The notes beneath the pieces were generated by a model. It ran no database searches. It was not told where the DNA came from and saw only the letters and a program-made list of their open reading frames with translations. Shown here in pieces: positions 40,195-53,354 of a stretch of DNA of 64,000 bases (positions within the stretch are counted from its first letter, which is position 1; each line of letters begins with the position of its first letter). The translations under genes and the position numbers were made by a program. The stretch is from contig CM000155.2 of NCBI GenBank assembly GCA_000004695.1, positions 1,120,001 through 1,184,000 of the forward strand. The letters are read 5' to 3'. Source of the DNA: Dictyostelium discoideum (lineage: Eukaryota).

Positions 40195-40758
40195 CTTTCT
40201 TCCCTACAGGCTAGTGCATTATTATGGTTAGACTTCAAAGTTGTTGTTTGGGGTACTTGGAATTCTGATCTTATGTGTAAAGTTTGTATGGGTCAAATTC
40301 CAATGGATTCAAACTATATTTTCTCACGTTACTATGGTGTTAGAGCAACTCCACCAACTTTAATTGGTGGTATTCTTCGTAATGAAACTGATGCTTGGTT
40401 CACACCATATTGTAATAACCCAGCTTCACCATACTATGTTAAACCAAAATGTGCATGTTACAACTCAACTTCACCATTGGTAATTAATCAAGTCTCTTCC
40501 TCTACTTGGTATGAAGGCCCAAACAACACCAAATACAGTCAATTCGATGGTAAAATCTTAAACAATGCTAATTACGCTGTTAACAATCCAACTTTCACAT
40601 CCTCACCATCAGGTGTTAAACCACGTACTATTTGGGGTTTAAAGAATGAAGGTGGTGATATTTGGTCATTATCATATTACCCAGTCATTAGCGGAAATGG
40701 TGGAGCTTTCCCATTTGGTTATATTAGCACTCAAGAAATTACCTTTAAAGCTAATTAA
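39633..40758 (+). CDS. Secreted CDA/TadA-fold zinc deaminase with a novel Cys-containing C-terminal domain, paralog 1. Exon 1 is 39633..40073 and exon 2 is 40210..40758. The intron donor reads TTAAGT instead of GTAAGT. As it stands the sequence encodes only a 154-aa deaminase-domain protein, ending with the stop at 40095-40097.
   Basis: Signal peptide MKLIISLLILICTLKLSFG. Helix-1 HEHRMAYILAISK. Zinc ligands HGEVAAINNC ...(28 aa)... YTTGEPCAMC, i.e. the [HC]-[AGV]-E ... PCxxC CMP/dCMP/tRNA-adenosine deaminase signature. Several N-glycosylation sequons are present. Exon 2 begins ASALLWLDFKVVVWG, the continuation of the PCxMCxxAllw helix. It is in frame only if the 136-nt TT...AG interval is removed. 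Confidence 0.6.
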
Positions 40759-40867
40759 TTATTTATTACCAATTAAAAAGTCTTACCGACTTTATATAAT
40801 CATAAAAAAAAAAAAAAAAAAAATTAATCCGAATAAATTAATAAAAAGTAATACCTTTTTGTTCACA

Positions 40868-41160
<293 letters not shown>

Positions 41161-41453
41161 TAATATCTTAACTTCACTATTTGGAGGTGAAATTTTACCA
41201 ATTGTTGGGGTAACATCTGGCTTAGTAAATGGAGCAATCGAAGGCTTTACAAAGGGGGTTTTTAATTGGTAATTTAATTTAATCTACAAATAACTAACCA
41301 ATTCTCATCAATATTTTGGACTGAAAAAAAAAAAAAAAAAGAAAATCTATTGAAATAGTAAAAATAATTGGAGAATTGGAATATTAAAAAAAGTAATATA
41401 AAAAGTATTTAATTAAATATAATAATAAAAAAAAAATCCGCATTTTTTATATT

Positions 41454-41990
41454 TTATTTAATATAAAGAGATATAATTAACATAAGTTTATGCAGTTGGT
41501 TGGAAAGCAATTTGGTCTTCACCATCGATGATGTAACCGAATGAGAAGGTTTGACCTGTTGGATGACTGGATACCATTGGAGAGCCCAAGTATTTTTGGT
41601 TTCATCAACAGCAAGACCCCAGATTGAGTTTGGACGGAGTGGAGATGAGGTGAAGGTTGGGTTGGTGACGGTTACTGAACCAGTGTTGGTGATGATACCA
41701 CCGAATTGAGAGACAGTTTTACCGTTTTCGAACCATGAGGAGTAAAGAGTTTGATCGATCTTTAATGGTGAAGTAGTGTTGGTACAGACACATTGTGGTT
41801 TAATGTAATAGATTGAAGTTGGTTTGCTACAGTATGAACCGAAACAGGCGTCAGCTTCAGTACGTAAGACACCACCGATAACTCTTGGTGGGCTAGCTCT
41901 TAAACCATAGTAACGACCCAAGATGTATGAGGAATCCATTGGGATGTTTGACATTCAGATTTTGCAAAGTAAATCACTGTTGAAGGTACC
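41454..41990 (-). pseudogene. Truncated, frameshifted 3' copy of the deaminase gene, C-terminal domain only.
   Basis: Identical to 56701-57240 apart from a 1-bp deletion (cctgttgg here versus cctggttgg there) that shifts the frame (...WYPVIQQVKPSHS). The homology breaks at 41990. The shared 3' flank is AAAATCCGCATT...ATAAGTTTATGCAGTTGG. Confidence 0.8.
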
Positions 41991-43269
41991 CCAGACAATG
42001 TGCTGAATGGTCTATTCGTGCAAACCGGGTAATAAAAGGTATTTTTTTTAAAAAAAAAAATGGACTACATGGGCTGAACTGTTTATTAGTGCCAACCGGG
42101 CTGATACAAGGTTTTTTTTTTTTTAAAAAAAAATAAATTGACTGCAAAGATTGACTGATAAAAGGTTTTTTTTTTAAAATGGGCAAAAATAAGGTTTTAA
42201 ATTTTTGATACGGACTGCACGGGCTAATCGAGATAAAAAAAAAAATATCACACTGACTACAAATTATTTTTTTAAAATAAAAAAGGACTACACAGGCTTA
42301 TAAAAAGGTTTTTTTTTAAAAAATTAAAAAAAAAAAAAAATAAAAACAATAAAAAAACGATAAAAACATTACAATTTTTTAATTTTTTTATTTTTTCTTT
42401 TTTAAATGTATTTAAAAAATAAAATATATTTAATAAGAAAATATGAATATATTGTTTGAGACTTTGCAAAAAAAAAAAAAAACCTGAATGTATGTAGTAT
42501 TTTTTATTATTAATTTTTATTTTTTTTTATTTTTATTTTCTGGAAAATTAAAATAAAAAATCACTTTGCATATTATTTTAAGTTTTGTATTATTAATAAA
42601 TAAATAAATTATTTTACATTCTTATTTAGGAGAAAACCAATAAAATAAAAAATAATAAAATGAAATAATAAATAACGTTAATTTTTTTTTTTTTAGGTAA
42701 TGTGTGGTAAATTTTGAAAAAAAAATAAAATTTAATTAAAGTAATAACTAACAATTTTACATTTATATTTAGGAGTTTAAATCAAAAAAAATGAAATTAA
42801 AAATAATCAAATTAATAATATTAATAAATAAATAAAAAAAAAAAAAAAAAAAAAAATAAAATTACCGCATTATTTCATTTTTATTATTTTTTATTGAATA
42901 CTTTTTTTTTAAAAATAGATGGTTTTTTTAAAAATATTTAAGCCCACGTATATCCTAAAAAAACCTTTAAATAAATAACCGTTTCAAAAAAAGACGGTTA
43001 TTTATTTAAATATCTAAAAAAATAATTTTGTAAGGGCTGTACTCAACCCTTTAAAGTGCTGTACGGGCTATGCCCAAAATTAAAAACTTTGAGCACAACC
43101 CGCACAGCACTCTTAAGTGTTGCGCACAGTCCTTACAATGTTTTTACAATTTTGTTTGGGCTGTTGGGGCTTATAGTGCCAAAGTTAAAATTTTTCTCAG
43201 TGGTCGTGTATCTTTTTATATATATATGTTTTACAATTGAACTATACCAGATTATTTAATTTATCTAAT

Positions 43270-44220
43270 TGTTAGCTGGTTGTAAAGAAATACCTTCTAA
43301 TAATTCTTCATTTTCATCGGTATAATCGACCAAGTCCAAACCAATTTTATTACTCTTGTCTTTATGAATTTGTTTTTTACATGAACGTTCAGTTCTGATA
43401 GCTTCAAAATACTTTGATAATATTAGTACTGCTAATGATGCTTTATTTTTATAGGTGGAACTAAAAACATTCTTTACAATACTAAGTTTGCTCTAAGGTG
43501 TAACATTTCTTGAATTCCCAGAATCTTTTTTTAATTTTAAACCTTGCTTTAAAGGTTGATTTTGAATTTGTTTACATGTTGCAGTGATACCATGATTTGA
43601 TAATAATTTATCTCTAATAGTTGATACACTTGGATCATCTTCAAATAATTTTTTTAAATGGAGTTGATTGGTTTCATCCCATAATTGATCACCAATAAAT
43701 TTAAAATTTGGAAGTTTAGTTAAATTATAGTTTCTTCCATCAACCAAAGTTGTGAAGAATTTTGATTAGCAACATTTTCCATCATTTGTGGTCTGTTAGC
43801 ATATGCAAAGAGAGCAGTTACAAAAAGATTTTCTTGATGCATGTCCCATGCTTGGCCAACCTTAGTACCATTATTAAATTTAACCTCTTGCAAGATTGGA
43901 ATTTCTTTCTTGGCACCTTCTATTCTGTCAACAAAACTATTAACTTGAGTACTATTAATGTTGATACCAGAGCACTTCATTTCAACAGAGGTATGAATAA
44001 TTTCCACCATGCATGACGAAGGCTTTAACAAAGGCTTGGATTGATGGCAAACTCCAGAGATATGCATCTTTGCCAGAGTAAACAAGTTGGCAGATACTTT
44101 GATAGAATGAGAACATTCGGTTATCGAAATTTAACTTTCCTTCAGGTTGTTGAATACCTTCACACAAATTATTAGGAATTAAACTAATATTTGGATTATC
44201 AAAAGTACTAAAATCAACAA
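43270..44220 (-). pseudogene. Degenerate copy (multiple frameshifts) of the 345-aa gene at 50735-51772.
   Basis: ORF fragments 43493..43747, 43720..44085 and 43982..44167 each align to successive parts of the 50735-51772 protein (KLPNFKFIGDQLWDETNQLHLK..., GTKVGQAWD.HQENLFVTALFAYANRPQM, CEGIQQPEGK). A T~110 homopolymer lies upstream at 44222-44350. Confidence 0.75.
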
Positions 44221-44257
44221 AATGAACATTTTTTTTTTTTTTTGAAACATATTTATT

Positions 44258-44352
<95 letters not shown>

Positions 44353-44565
44353 TTTACATGTATGTTTATTTATTTATTTATATTTATTTATTATTATATT
44401 CATTTGAAACCTTTTATTCATTATATTTTTTTTTTTAATAAATTATAGATATTATATATATAGAATACTATGGGTAAAAGGAAATAATAATGTTTGTTTG
44501 TAGTTGAAAATATTAAAATTAAAAATAAAAAAAAAAATATAACAAAAAAGATTTTATTTTAATAA

Positions 44566-44606
<41 letters not shown>

Positions 44607-45562
44607 CTTAAAATTTTTTTTTAAAAATTGTGTTTTTATATTTTCCAAACATACTTCATTTAAGGGGGGTCAGATTTACAATCATTTTAAAGGAATGGGG
44701 TTATAAATTTTCTTAAAATAATATTTTAAAATATCTTTGAAGTTAAACATATTTATGTATTTATATAATGATACGATTAGTTTATCAAAATGTGTTTGGT
44801 TGTTTATTATTATAATTGGTTGTTTATTATTATTATTATTTTTTTTAATTAATTACTGCATTTCTTTATTAGATTTAATAATAGTTTAGAAATAATAAAA
44901 TAATATATAAAAAATAAAAAAAAATAATATTAGTTGAAATAATAAAATTTTATATGGTATAATAAATAATTAAATAGTTTGAAATAATATATTAGTAAAA
45001 TTAAATAGTAAAATTAAAATAATAATTTGATACATATATTATTTTATAGATAAATAGTTCAATCATTGAAATAATAACAACAACAACAATAATAATAATA
45101 ATAATTATATATATATCATATTAATAATTAAAACTAGTTTGAAATTAATGGTAATTTAAAGGTTGATATAAATAAATTCAAAAAAATTTGTATGTATTAT
45201 TTTAGTTACTACCTACTACTTTTAAACATGTTGTATTAACATTATATTCAAATTTTTTATTACAATTCCTATAGATACAACTGTCTTTGATAAAAACATT
45301 TCACCTCAAATTAGTAAGTATTTTATTTTTATTATAGTATAGGTAACACTAGCGTTATTCTACAACTTTTTATATATTAACCTTGATAATAAATAATTCT
45401 TTAATCCGATTACTATAAAGATGAAATTTTAGATCTATTTGAATTTGGTATGTTTTAAATTTTATTATTATTATTTATAATTGCAATTATTAATTCTCAA
45501 CATTGGTGTATTAATATAAATTCAATAATTATTTAGATACTACAAAATCATCATATGAAGAT

Positions 45563-46070
45563 GTGATTGAAGAATACAGTAAATTTGAAAATGATTCTCT
45601 TGGATCATTTGAATATCTTGATTACAGTGATTTACGTTTATTATCTAAAAGAAAGTGGAATAATAAAGAAGCTTTAATCATAGGTAATGGTAAAAGTAAT
45701 TATAAAACAACTGTACAAATAAAAGGTGATTTGTTAGATAAAGGTTATTTTAGAACTGAACTTGCTATTGATACATAGTTTGATAGAAATAAGTATTAAT
45801 AAATAAAATGGTTAAAAATTTTAAAAGTACTCAAGAAACCATCACCAGTCATTTCAAGAAATTGGAGTCCAGATGAACAAAAAGCATTAATGGTTGAAGT
45901 TTCTACACTTGGTAATAAATCTGAAATCAACTGGTTTTTCATTTCTCAACAACTCTTTTTAAAAGGTATTAGTAGAAATGCAAGAGAATGTCAAAGAAAA
46001 CATGAATCAATCCAATATGTTGGTCTTTCAGGTAATCCAAAAGCTAAATTTAAAGGAACTTTTGATTAGT
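45563..46070 (+). pseudogene. Disrupted copy of the Myb/SANT-like gene at 53788-54303.
   Basis: Same N-terminal sequence (IEEYSKFENDSLGSFE). A stop follows ELAIDT, and there are frameshifts through the SANT-like region. Confidence 0.7.
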
Positions 46071-46359
46071 TTGTCATATATTTTAAATAAATAACATCTT
46101 CAATATAAAAAATTTCCAATAATTTTATTTTCTTTTTTTTTTGTTATTGATAGTACTTATAACAAAAAATGAATGATAAATAATTAAATTCTAAAAATAA
46201 AATTTTTGATTTAAAAAATAAAATAAAAAATTCAAAAAATAGAATGATTACACGGTGTTTATGATAATAATTTTTTTTTTAATTTTAAAAATTTTTTTAT
46301 TTTAATTTTTAATTTTTTTTTTTATTTTTTTTACCAATTCCAGTCTGTAAACAACATTC

Positions 46360-46696
46360 ATGTATCGATCGTTGTCTACTGGTCCATGTCGATCATGTAA
46401 GTTAAAAACAAGTCCATATGTCGTTGTGGAAAGACCATTGAAAATAGACAATGTGGTTCAACAAGATATGACAAAGCATTTACTTGTGATGTTTGCAAAA
46501 TTCATGAATGTTGTCCAAGCACACCAACACATGATGAAGCAGGTAACCAAGATTGTATAATTTATTCTACATTTTCTTCACTCGATCCAAATTCACAAGA
46601 ATATGCAAATAAATTACAAATTGAGCCATTACAGTCTATATCAATAGTATCACCAAAAATTATTAAAAAAATTGAACCAATCCTTATAAAGATTGT

Positions 46697-46785
<89 letters not shown>

Positions 46786-46790
46786 TTTAA
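46360..46790 (+). CDS. Cys-rich, poly-Ser-tailed ORF fragment(s). The exon structure is unresolved.
   Basis: One frame reads SICRCGKTIENRQCGSTRYDKAFTCDVCKIHECCPSTPTHDEAGNQDCIIYSTFSSLDPNSQEYANKLQIEPLQSISIVSPKIIKKIEPILIKIV(S)n. The same coding block recurs at 55562-55894. A different frame, ...CIDRCLLVHVDHVS, precedes a GTAAGT. Confidence 0.3.
46690..46786. repeat. (AGT)n microsatellite, about 32 units (poly-Ser in frame).
   Basis: A perfect agt periodicity is visible. Confidence 0.9.
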
Positions 46791-47970
46791 TAAATAATAA
46801 AAAATGAATTAATAATAAATTGTAAAGATAAAAAATTAAATAAATTTAATAATAATGAAATTAGAGTAGTATGTTTGCATTCTAATGAATCGATGTATTG
46901 TTGATATGTTAATCTTGATAATGTATAGGTTTTCAAAATTGTCATCCTTGCTATTGTGATCGCTTGACTTTTCCATTTGCTAAGATTATCTTTGATTGCT
47001 GTCAATTTTGAATTTAAACCTATTTTGGTGAAATTGAGACCTAAATATCTTTCTGGTGCATCGCTTAATTTGAATGGTAACCTTGGAGGTATGTCCCCAA
47101 TTACCATCAGGAAATCCCAAATACTTAATTCGGTTACTTATTTTAAATATGGAGTTAATATTTTGAAAAACTCTATAAATTGGATCATCTGGTAGTTGTG
47201 TTGAAGCAGTAGTGGTATTTGCAGTTGGTTTGTTTAAATTAAAAGTTGTTGGAGTATTTGAGGTTTGACCAACTGAATTATGGTTAGCAGAATTAGTATT
47301 GGTGGTGTTACAGGTAGCCATTATTTGATTAAAAATTTAAAATAATTATAAAAAATAATTTTACAATAAAATGAAAAATTTAATTTGTTATTAATATATT
47401 ATTATATTATTGTATATTAAAAAAAGATTGATTATTATTTTTTTTCAGAACCAATTAAAAAAGTACAAATCAGGTGGTAGTATTAACCAATTTGTATTTC
47501 ATCAGATGAAGGAGAATCATCAAACAAATATGATAATTATGATGATTATGAATCAGTCCTTAATCACCAATTTTACTAAAAAAGATGTTCCAACACAATA
47601 CCAACATTATTTGATAATACTAATTCAAGCAAATGCCCTGGTGTTTTTTTTCCAATACTTCAAATTTAAAACTTTATCGAAAATAATATTCGTTAAATTA
47701 TTAAATTAAGTAATATTACCATTTGAGCCTTAAAAAACACAATAGGTATTATCATCTTTGAAAAGTAAAAACATCCCTGCACAAACTGGGATATACAATT
47801 TAAAAAAAAAAAAACATTTTAGCTTTTTCTTGTAATTAATTTATTTTGTTATTTTGTATTATGTTTTGTATAAAAAGAAATTCCAAAAATAAAAAAGTTA
47901 TTCCAAAAAAAAAAATCGGCGTTGTTGTTTATATTTTATTTAATATAAAGAGATATAATTAATTATAAGT

Positions 47971-48477
47971 TTATGCAGTTGGTTGGAAAGCAATTTGGTC
48001 TTCACCGTCGATGATGTAACCGAATGAGAAAGTTTGACCTGGTTGGATGACTGGATACCATTGGAGAGCCCAAGTATTTTTGGTTTCATCAACAGCAAGA
48101 CCCCAGATTGAGTTTGGACGGAGTGGAGATGAGGTGAAGATTGGGTTGGTGACGGTTACTGAACCAGTGTTGGTGATGATACCACCGAATTGAGAGACAG
48201 TTTTACCGTTTTCAAACCATGAGGAGTAACGAGTTTGATCAATCTTTAATGGTGAAGTAGTGTTGGTACAGACACATTGTGGTTTAATGTAATAGATTGA
48301 AGTTGGTTTGCTACAGTATGAACCGAACCAGGCGTCAGCTTCAGTACGTAAAACACCACCGATAACTCTTGGTGGGCTAGCTCTTAAACCATAGTAACGA
48401 CCAAAGATGTATGAGGAATCCATTGGGATGTTTGACATACAGATTTTGCAAAGTAAATCACTGTTGAAGGTACCCAT
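47971..48477 (-). pseudogene. Second truncated 3' copy of the deaminase gene (C-terminal domain, frame intact, no deaminase exon).
   Basis: Near-identical to 56701-57210. The homology breaks at about 48476 (gaaggtaccca|tcttataag), and Trp is replaced by an ATG at the breakpoint. More than 170 bp of shared 3' flank (47800-47970 versus 56530-56700). Confidence 0.8.
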
Positions 48478-49191
48478 CTTATAAGACCAATTAATTCCAA
48501 TGTGGCTTCATCTGTTGCAAATCGATTTTCATTTATTAACTCTTATAATAATCTATCAAAAATTAATAAAATTTCTTTTTTTTTAACATATTTTAAAATT
48601 ATTTATTAATTTTTAATAAATTTTATTATTAGTATTATTTTTTTAATATTAAAATTATAAATAAATGATTAATAAATTATTATTATTCACTAAATAATAT
48701 TATTTTTTGATTAATAAATAATTTCTATAATAAATAAGGAATATATTATTTGAAAAAAAATAAAAATTCTTATATTTTAAAATTTTTTATTTACACCCAT
48801 TATTTTTTATCATTTTATTATAGTTTTTAATAATATATAATATCATATTGTAACTCAAAAATATCTTGTTTATACTAATATTTATTTAATTTTATGAAAT
48901 GTTCTAAATAGAACATTTAAAAATAACTATTAATATTGAATTAATAATTCAATATTAATTATTGCTAACTTAATTTATTTTAATAAATTGTTTCATTTTA
49001 TATAATAAACTCACTAAACACAACTAAATAATAATTCAAAAATAAATAATAATAATTTAGAATATAGTTTTGTTTCAACATTTTATTATAACACATACAA
49101 TTCAGAAAATAATAATAATTTATTTTATTGTTTTGTTTAAAGGGGTTTTCTCCCGTTGTAATTAAATTTAATTAATTTTAAATTTAATTTT

Positions 49192-49233
<42 letters not shown>

Positions 49234-49414
49234 TTAATTTGAATTTCACAAAAGTTTTCATAATAGATATTAGATACCAGATATTAAAAATGTCACACAA
49301 AATCACCATATAAAATAATAATATAAATTTAAAAATAATTTAATTAAAAAGAAAATAATAATTAATTAGAATAAAATTAAAATAATATAATATTGTAGTT
49401 TAAATTGGATCTAA

Positions 49415-49542
49415 CCCTATCGGCTGAGGTTGGAGTAGTTAACAGATTTGAGTCTGCTCAAATCTGAGGACTATAAAAGGAAACTAGGTTTCTAATTCAA
49501 CCTCAGTAATAAATATATACAAATAATAAAAACGCGATAGGG
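49415..49542 (+). ncRNA. Candidate structured RNA or MITE-like nested inverted repeat (~128 nt), copy 1.
   Basis: Outer stem CCCTATCG/CGATAGGG. Inner stem CTGAGGTTG/CAACCTCAG. Internal hairpin CAGATTTGAG-TCTGCT-CTCAAATCTG and GAAAC-TAG-GTTTC. Duplicated at 54876-55000. Confidence 0.35.
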
Positions 49543-49701
49543 CTACGGTCATTAATTAAATACATGTGTACATTTATTTCTTAAATAATTAATCATTTAT
49601 TTTAATAATAAAATAAATAAATTGAATAATAATAAAACAATAAATAAAATTAATAATAATAAATAATCAAATTTTATTAAATAATTTATTAAAAAAAAAG
49701 A

Positions 49702-50070
49702 ATGTCAACTAATAATAATAATAACAACAATAATAATAATGAAGATATTGATAATGATGAATTGCAACAACAGGATAATGAGGAACAACAACAACAACCA
49801 CAGGTATCAACTTTCAATGAACAGCAACGTCAAATAAGGGAACAGCAACAGGTAATAGATAAACAAAATCAACTTCTTCAACAACACATTCAATTAATAA
49901 ATCAACAATCTCAACAACAATTAAATAACCATTCGACACCACCATCATCACCCAACATTACAACACCAATAACTTCAGCAGCAATAACCAACACAATAAA
50001 GAAATCATTAGGAAAAATTAACACTGATGACACCGACCACCAGTTGTTACACATATATGATAAACTATAG
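49702..50070 (+). CDS. Small poly-N/poly-Q protein (122 aa).
   Basis: MSTNNNNNNNNNNEDIDNDELQQQDNEEQQQQPQVSTFNEQQRQIREQQQVIDKQNQLLQQHIQLINQQSQQQLNNHSTPPSSPNITTPITSAAITNTIKKSLGKINTDDTDHQLLHIYDKL. A rearranged second copy lies at 55163-55688. Confidence 0.45.
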   Translation: MSTNNNNNNNNNNEDIDNDELQQQDNEEQQQQPQVSTFNEQQRQIREQQQVIDKQNQLLQQHIQLINQQSQQQLNNHSTPPSSPNITTPITSAAITNTIKKSLGKINTDDTDHQLLHIYDKL

Positions 50071-50734
50071 TTTTATGTTTTAAAAAATGAGAAATTACAA
50101 TAGTATTATTTCCTATTAATTGTTGTATATTATTAAATTATAGGTTTATGTTTTAAAAAATGAGAAATTACAATAGTATAATTTCTCAAAATATGGTAGA
50201 TAAATAAATTTTTTATAGTTTAATGACAAATTAATATTCAATTTTAATTAAAATATTATTAGATTTTATCAATTTTTAATTTATATTAAAATATATTTTT
50301 ATTATGGCCAGATTCTTTTTTATTATTTTATGATAATTTAATAATAAAGTGTGATTAATTATTAATTAGAAATTAATATTAGTTTGTTATAAATTTTATT
50401 AAATTATAATATCATTTCTTAAAATATAAGTTTTTGCGGGTTTAATTTCTCACAAAATAGTAAAATTTCTTAGTTTTTTTTCTCTGGTGAAATAAAATAA
50501 TATAAAATAAAATAAAATAAAATAAAACAAAATAAAACAAAACAAAACAAAACAATTTGAACCCATTTCATCTTCTAAATACACGAAAATTAAAATAAAA
50601 AACACATGTGTTGCAACACTTTTTTTTTTTATTACTTTTTTTATTATTTTTTTTATTATTTTTTTTTTATGATCTTTTTATATATATATTTTACAATTTT
50701 ACTATTCTATAATACCAGATTATTTTATTTAGAT

Positions 50735-51769
50735 CTAATTGCTAGCTGGTTGTAAAGAAATACCATCTAATAATTCTTCTTCATTTTCATCGGTATAATC
50801 GACCAAGTCCAAACCAATTTTAATACTCTTGTCTTTATTAATTTGTTTTTTACATGAACGTTCAGTTCTGATAGCTTCGAAATACTTTGATAATATTAGT
50901 ACTGCTAATGATGCTTTATTTTTATAGGTGGAACTAAAAACATTCTTTACAATACTAAGTTCTTCTTTGCTCCAAGAGGTAACATTTCTTGAATAAGTAG
51001 AAACTTTTTTTAATTTTAAACCTTGCTTTAAAAGTTGACTTTGAATTTGTTTACTTGTTACAGTGATACCATGATTTGATAATAATTTATCTCTAATAGT
51101 TGATACACTTGGATCATCTTCAAATAATGTTTTTAAATGGAGTTGATTGGTTTCATCCCATAATTGATCACCAATAAATTTAAAATTAGGAAGTTTAGTT
51201 AAATTATAGTTTCTTCCATCAACCAAATTTGTGAAGAATTTTGGACTTAAATTATAACCATTTAAATGAAAAATGTTGCTAATCATTTGTGGTCTGTTAG
51301 CATATGCAAAGAGAGCAGTTACAAAAAGATTTTCTTGATGCTCGTCCCATGCTTGGCCAACCTTAGTACCATTATTAAATTTAACCTCTTGCAAGATTGT
51401 TGGAATCTCTATCTTGGCACCTTCTATTCTGTAAACAAAACTTTTAACTTGAGAACCATTAACGTTGATACCAGAGCACTTCATTTCAACAGAGGTATGA
51501 GTTTTATTTCCACCATGCATGACGAAAGCTCTAACAAAAGCTTGGATTGATGGCAAAGTCCAGAGATATGCATCTTTGCCAGAGTAAACAAGTTGGCAGA
51601 TACTTTGATAGAATGAGAACATTCGGTTATCGAAAAAAAATAATACCTTTCCTTCAGGTTGTTGAATACCTTCACACAAATTATTAGGAATTAAACTAAT
51701 ATTTGGATTATCCAAAGTACTAAAATCAACAACATGAACATTTTTTTTTGTTTTTGAAACCTTTTTACT

Positions 51770-51772
<3 letters not shown>
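50735..51772 (-). CDS. Hypothetical 345-aa protein with a C-terminal Myb/SANT-like segment.
   Basis: Intact ORF. The C-terminus reads TSWSKEELSIVKNVFSSTYKNKASLAVLILSKYFEAIRTERSCKKQI (W-x...-RxxxxCxxQ SANT-like pattern). The degenerate paralog is at 43270-44220. A poly-T lies upstream at 51775-51820. Confidence 0.5.
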
Positions 51773-51821
<49 letters not shown>

Positions 51822-52607
51822 TTAATAAATTATTGATATTATATATATATAATATTATGGGTATAGTTGAAAATATGAAAATTAAAAATAAAAAAAAAAT
51901 ATAACAAAAAAGATTTTATTTTAATAACAAAAATAAAAAAAAAAAAAAAAAAAAAAAAATCTTAAAATTTTTTTTTAAAAATTGTGTTTTTATATTTTCT
52001 AAACATACTTCATTTAAGGGGGTCAGATTTACAATCATTTTAAAGAGATGGGGGGTTATAAATTTTCTTAAAATAATATTTTAAAATATCTTTGAAGTTA
52101 AACATATTTTAAAATAATATTTTAAAATATCTTTGAAGTTAAACATATTTATGTATTTATATAAATATATATAATGATACGATTAGTTTATCAAAATGTG
52201 TTTGGTTGTTTATTATTATAATTGGTTGTTTATTATTATTATTTTTTTTTTTTTTAATTAATTACTGCATTTCTTTATTATTAGATTTAATAATAGTTTA
52301 GAAATAATAAAATAATATATAAAAAATAAAAAAAAATAATATTAGTTTGAAATAATAAAATTTTATATGGTATAATAAATAATTAAATAGTTTAAAATAA
52401 TATTAGTAAAATTAAATAGTAAAATTAAAATAATAATTTGATACATATATTATTTTATAGATAAATAGTTCAATCATTGAAATAATAACAACAACAACAA
52501 CAACAATAATAATAATAATTATATATATATCATATTAATAATTAAAGCTAGTTTGATAAATTATTATATATTAGCATATTAAATAAAATTAATAATAATT
52601 TATAAAA

Positions 52608-53354
52608 ATGGATGAACCTTCAACAGATAAAATTTTAATTGGTGCTCAAATCATTACAACAGTTATAACATTGTTCACTGGTGTTTTTGAATTTATTATT
52701 GCTGCAAAAAGCAAAATGAAAAGAATGAAAAGTGAACAAATGTTTTCAGTAAATCAAGATGGATTAATACATATTATTAAATCACTATTACCAGGTCGTA
52801 ATATAATTTTCATCAGCAATGCACCAACCAGCACCACAGATCCATCATTCAACAGCCAGACAATGAAAAACTTTTTAAAAGTAATATTTAGATTACTACC
52901 GTTTTTCATTGGTGCTGTCTTTATACATTTAAATATAATACCGTTTCATCATTTAATTATTTTTACTGAAAATGGTAAATGGTACTTTGATAGTATACAA
53001 GAAGAATTAATACCTATTGTAAAAGAAAGATTAAAGCAAATAATGTCATCTCAACCTGATGTCATATTTGCATGTGGTGCTGTGGTAAGGGATATATTTT
53101 ATATGTATCTTGAAGAAGGTTCAATTGAAATGGTTGGTAATAATATATTCGTGTATATAAATAAAGATGGTACGAAAAAAACTATTATTTGTTTTGTTCC
53201 ACACTTTTGTACTCGTAAAGATCATTGGAAGTTTATTGCTCAAGGATTATTATTTATTCATACTCATTTCAAATTATCAACATTCAATACAAATTATTTT
53301 GAAAAAAACAAACCAGAAATTAATTTTAAAGATATTAGATATATAGTTCTTTAA
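52608..53354 (+). CDS. Hypothetical 248-aa protein with an N-terminal TM helix. It is encoded inside an ~0.8 kb copy-specific insertion flanked by a 9-bp direct repeat.
   Basis: Intact ORF. 52557-53364 is absent from the paralogous block at 45130-45145. CTAGTTTGA occurs at 52548-52556 and 53356-53364. Confidence 0.45.
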   Translation: MDEPSTDKILIGAQIITTVITLFTGVFEFIIAAKSKMKRMKSEQMFSVNQDGLIHIIKSLLPGRNIIFISNAPTSTTDPSFNSQTMKNFLKVIFRLLPFFIGAVFIHLNIIPFHHLIIFTENGKWYFDSIQEELIPIVKERLKQIMSSQPDVIFACGAVVRDIFYMYLEEGSIEMVGNNIFVYINKDGTKKTIICFVPHFCTRKDHWKFIAQGLLFIHTHFKLSTFNTNYFEKNKPEINFKDIRYIVL

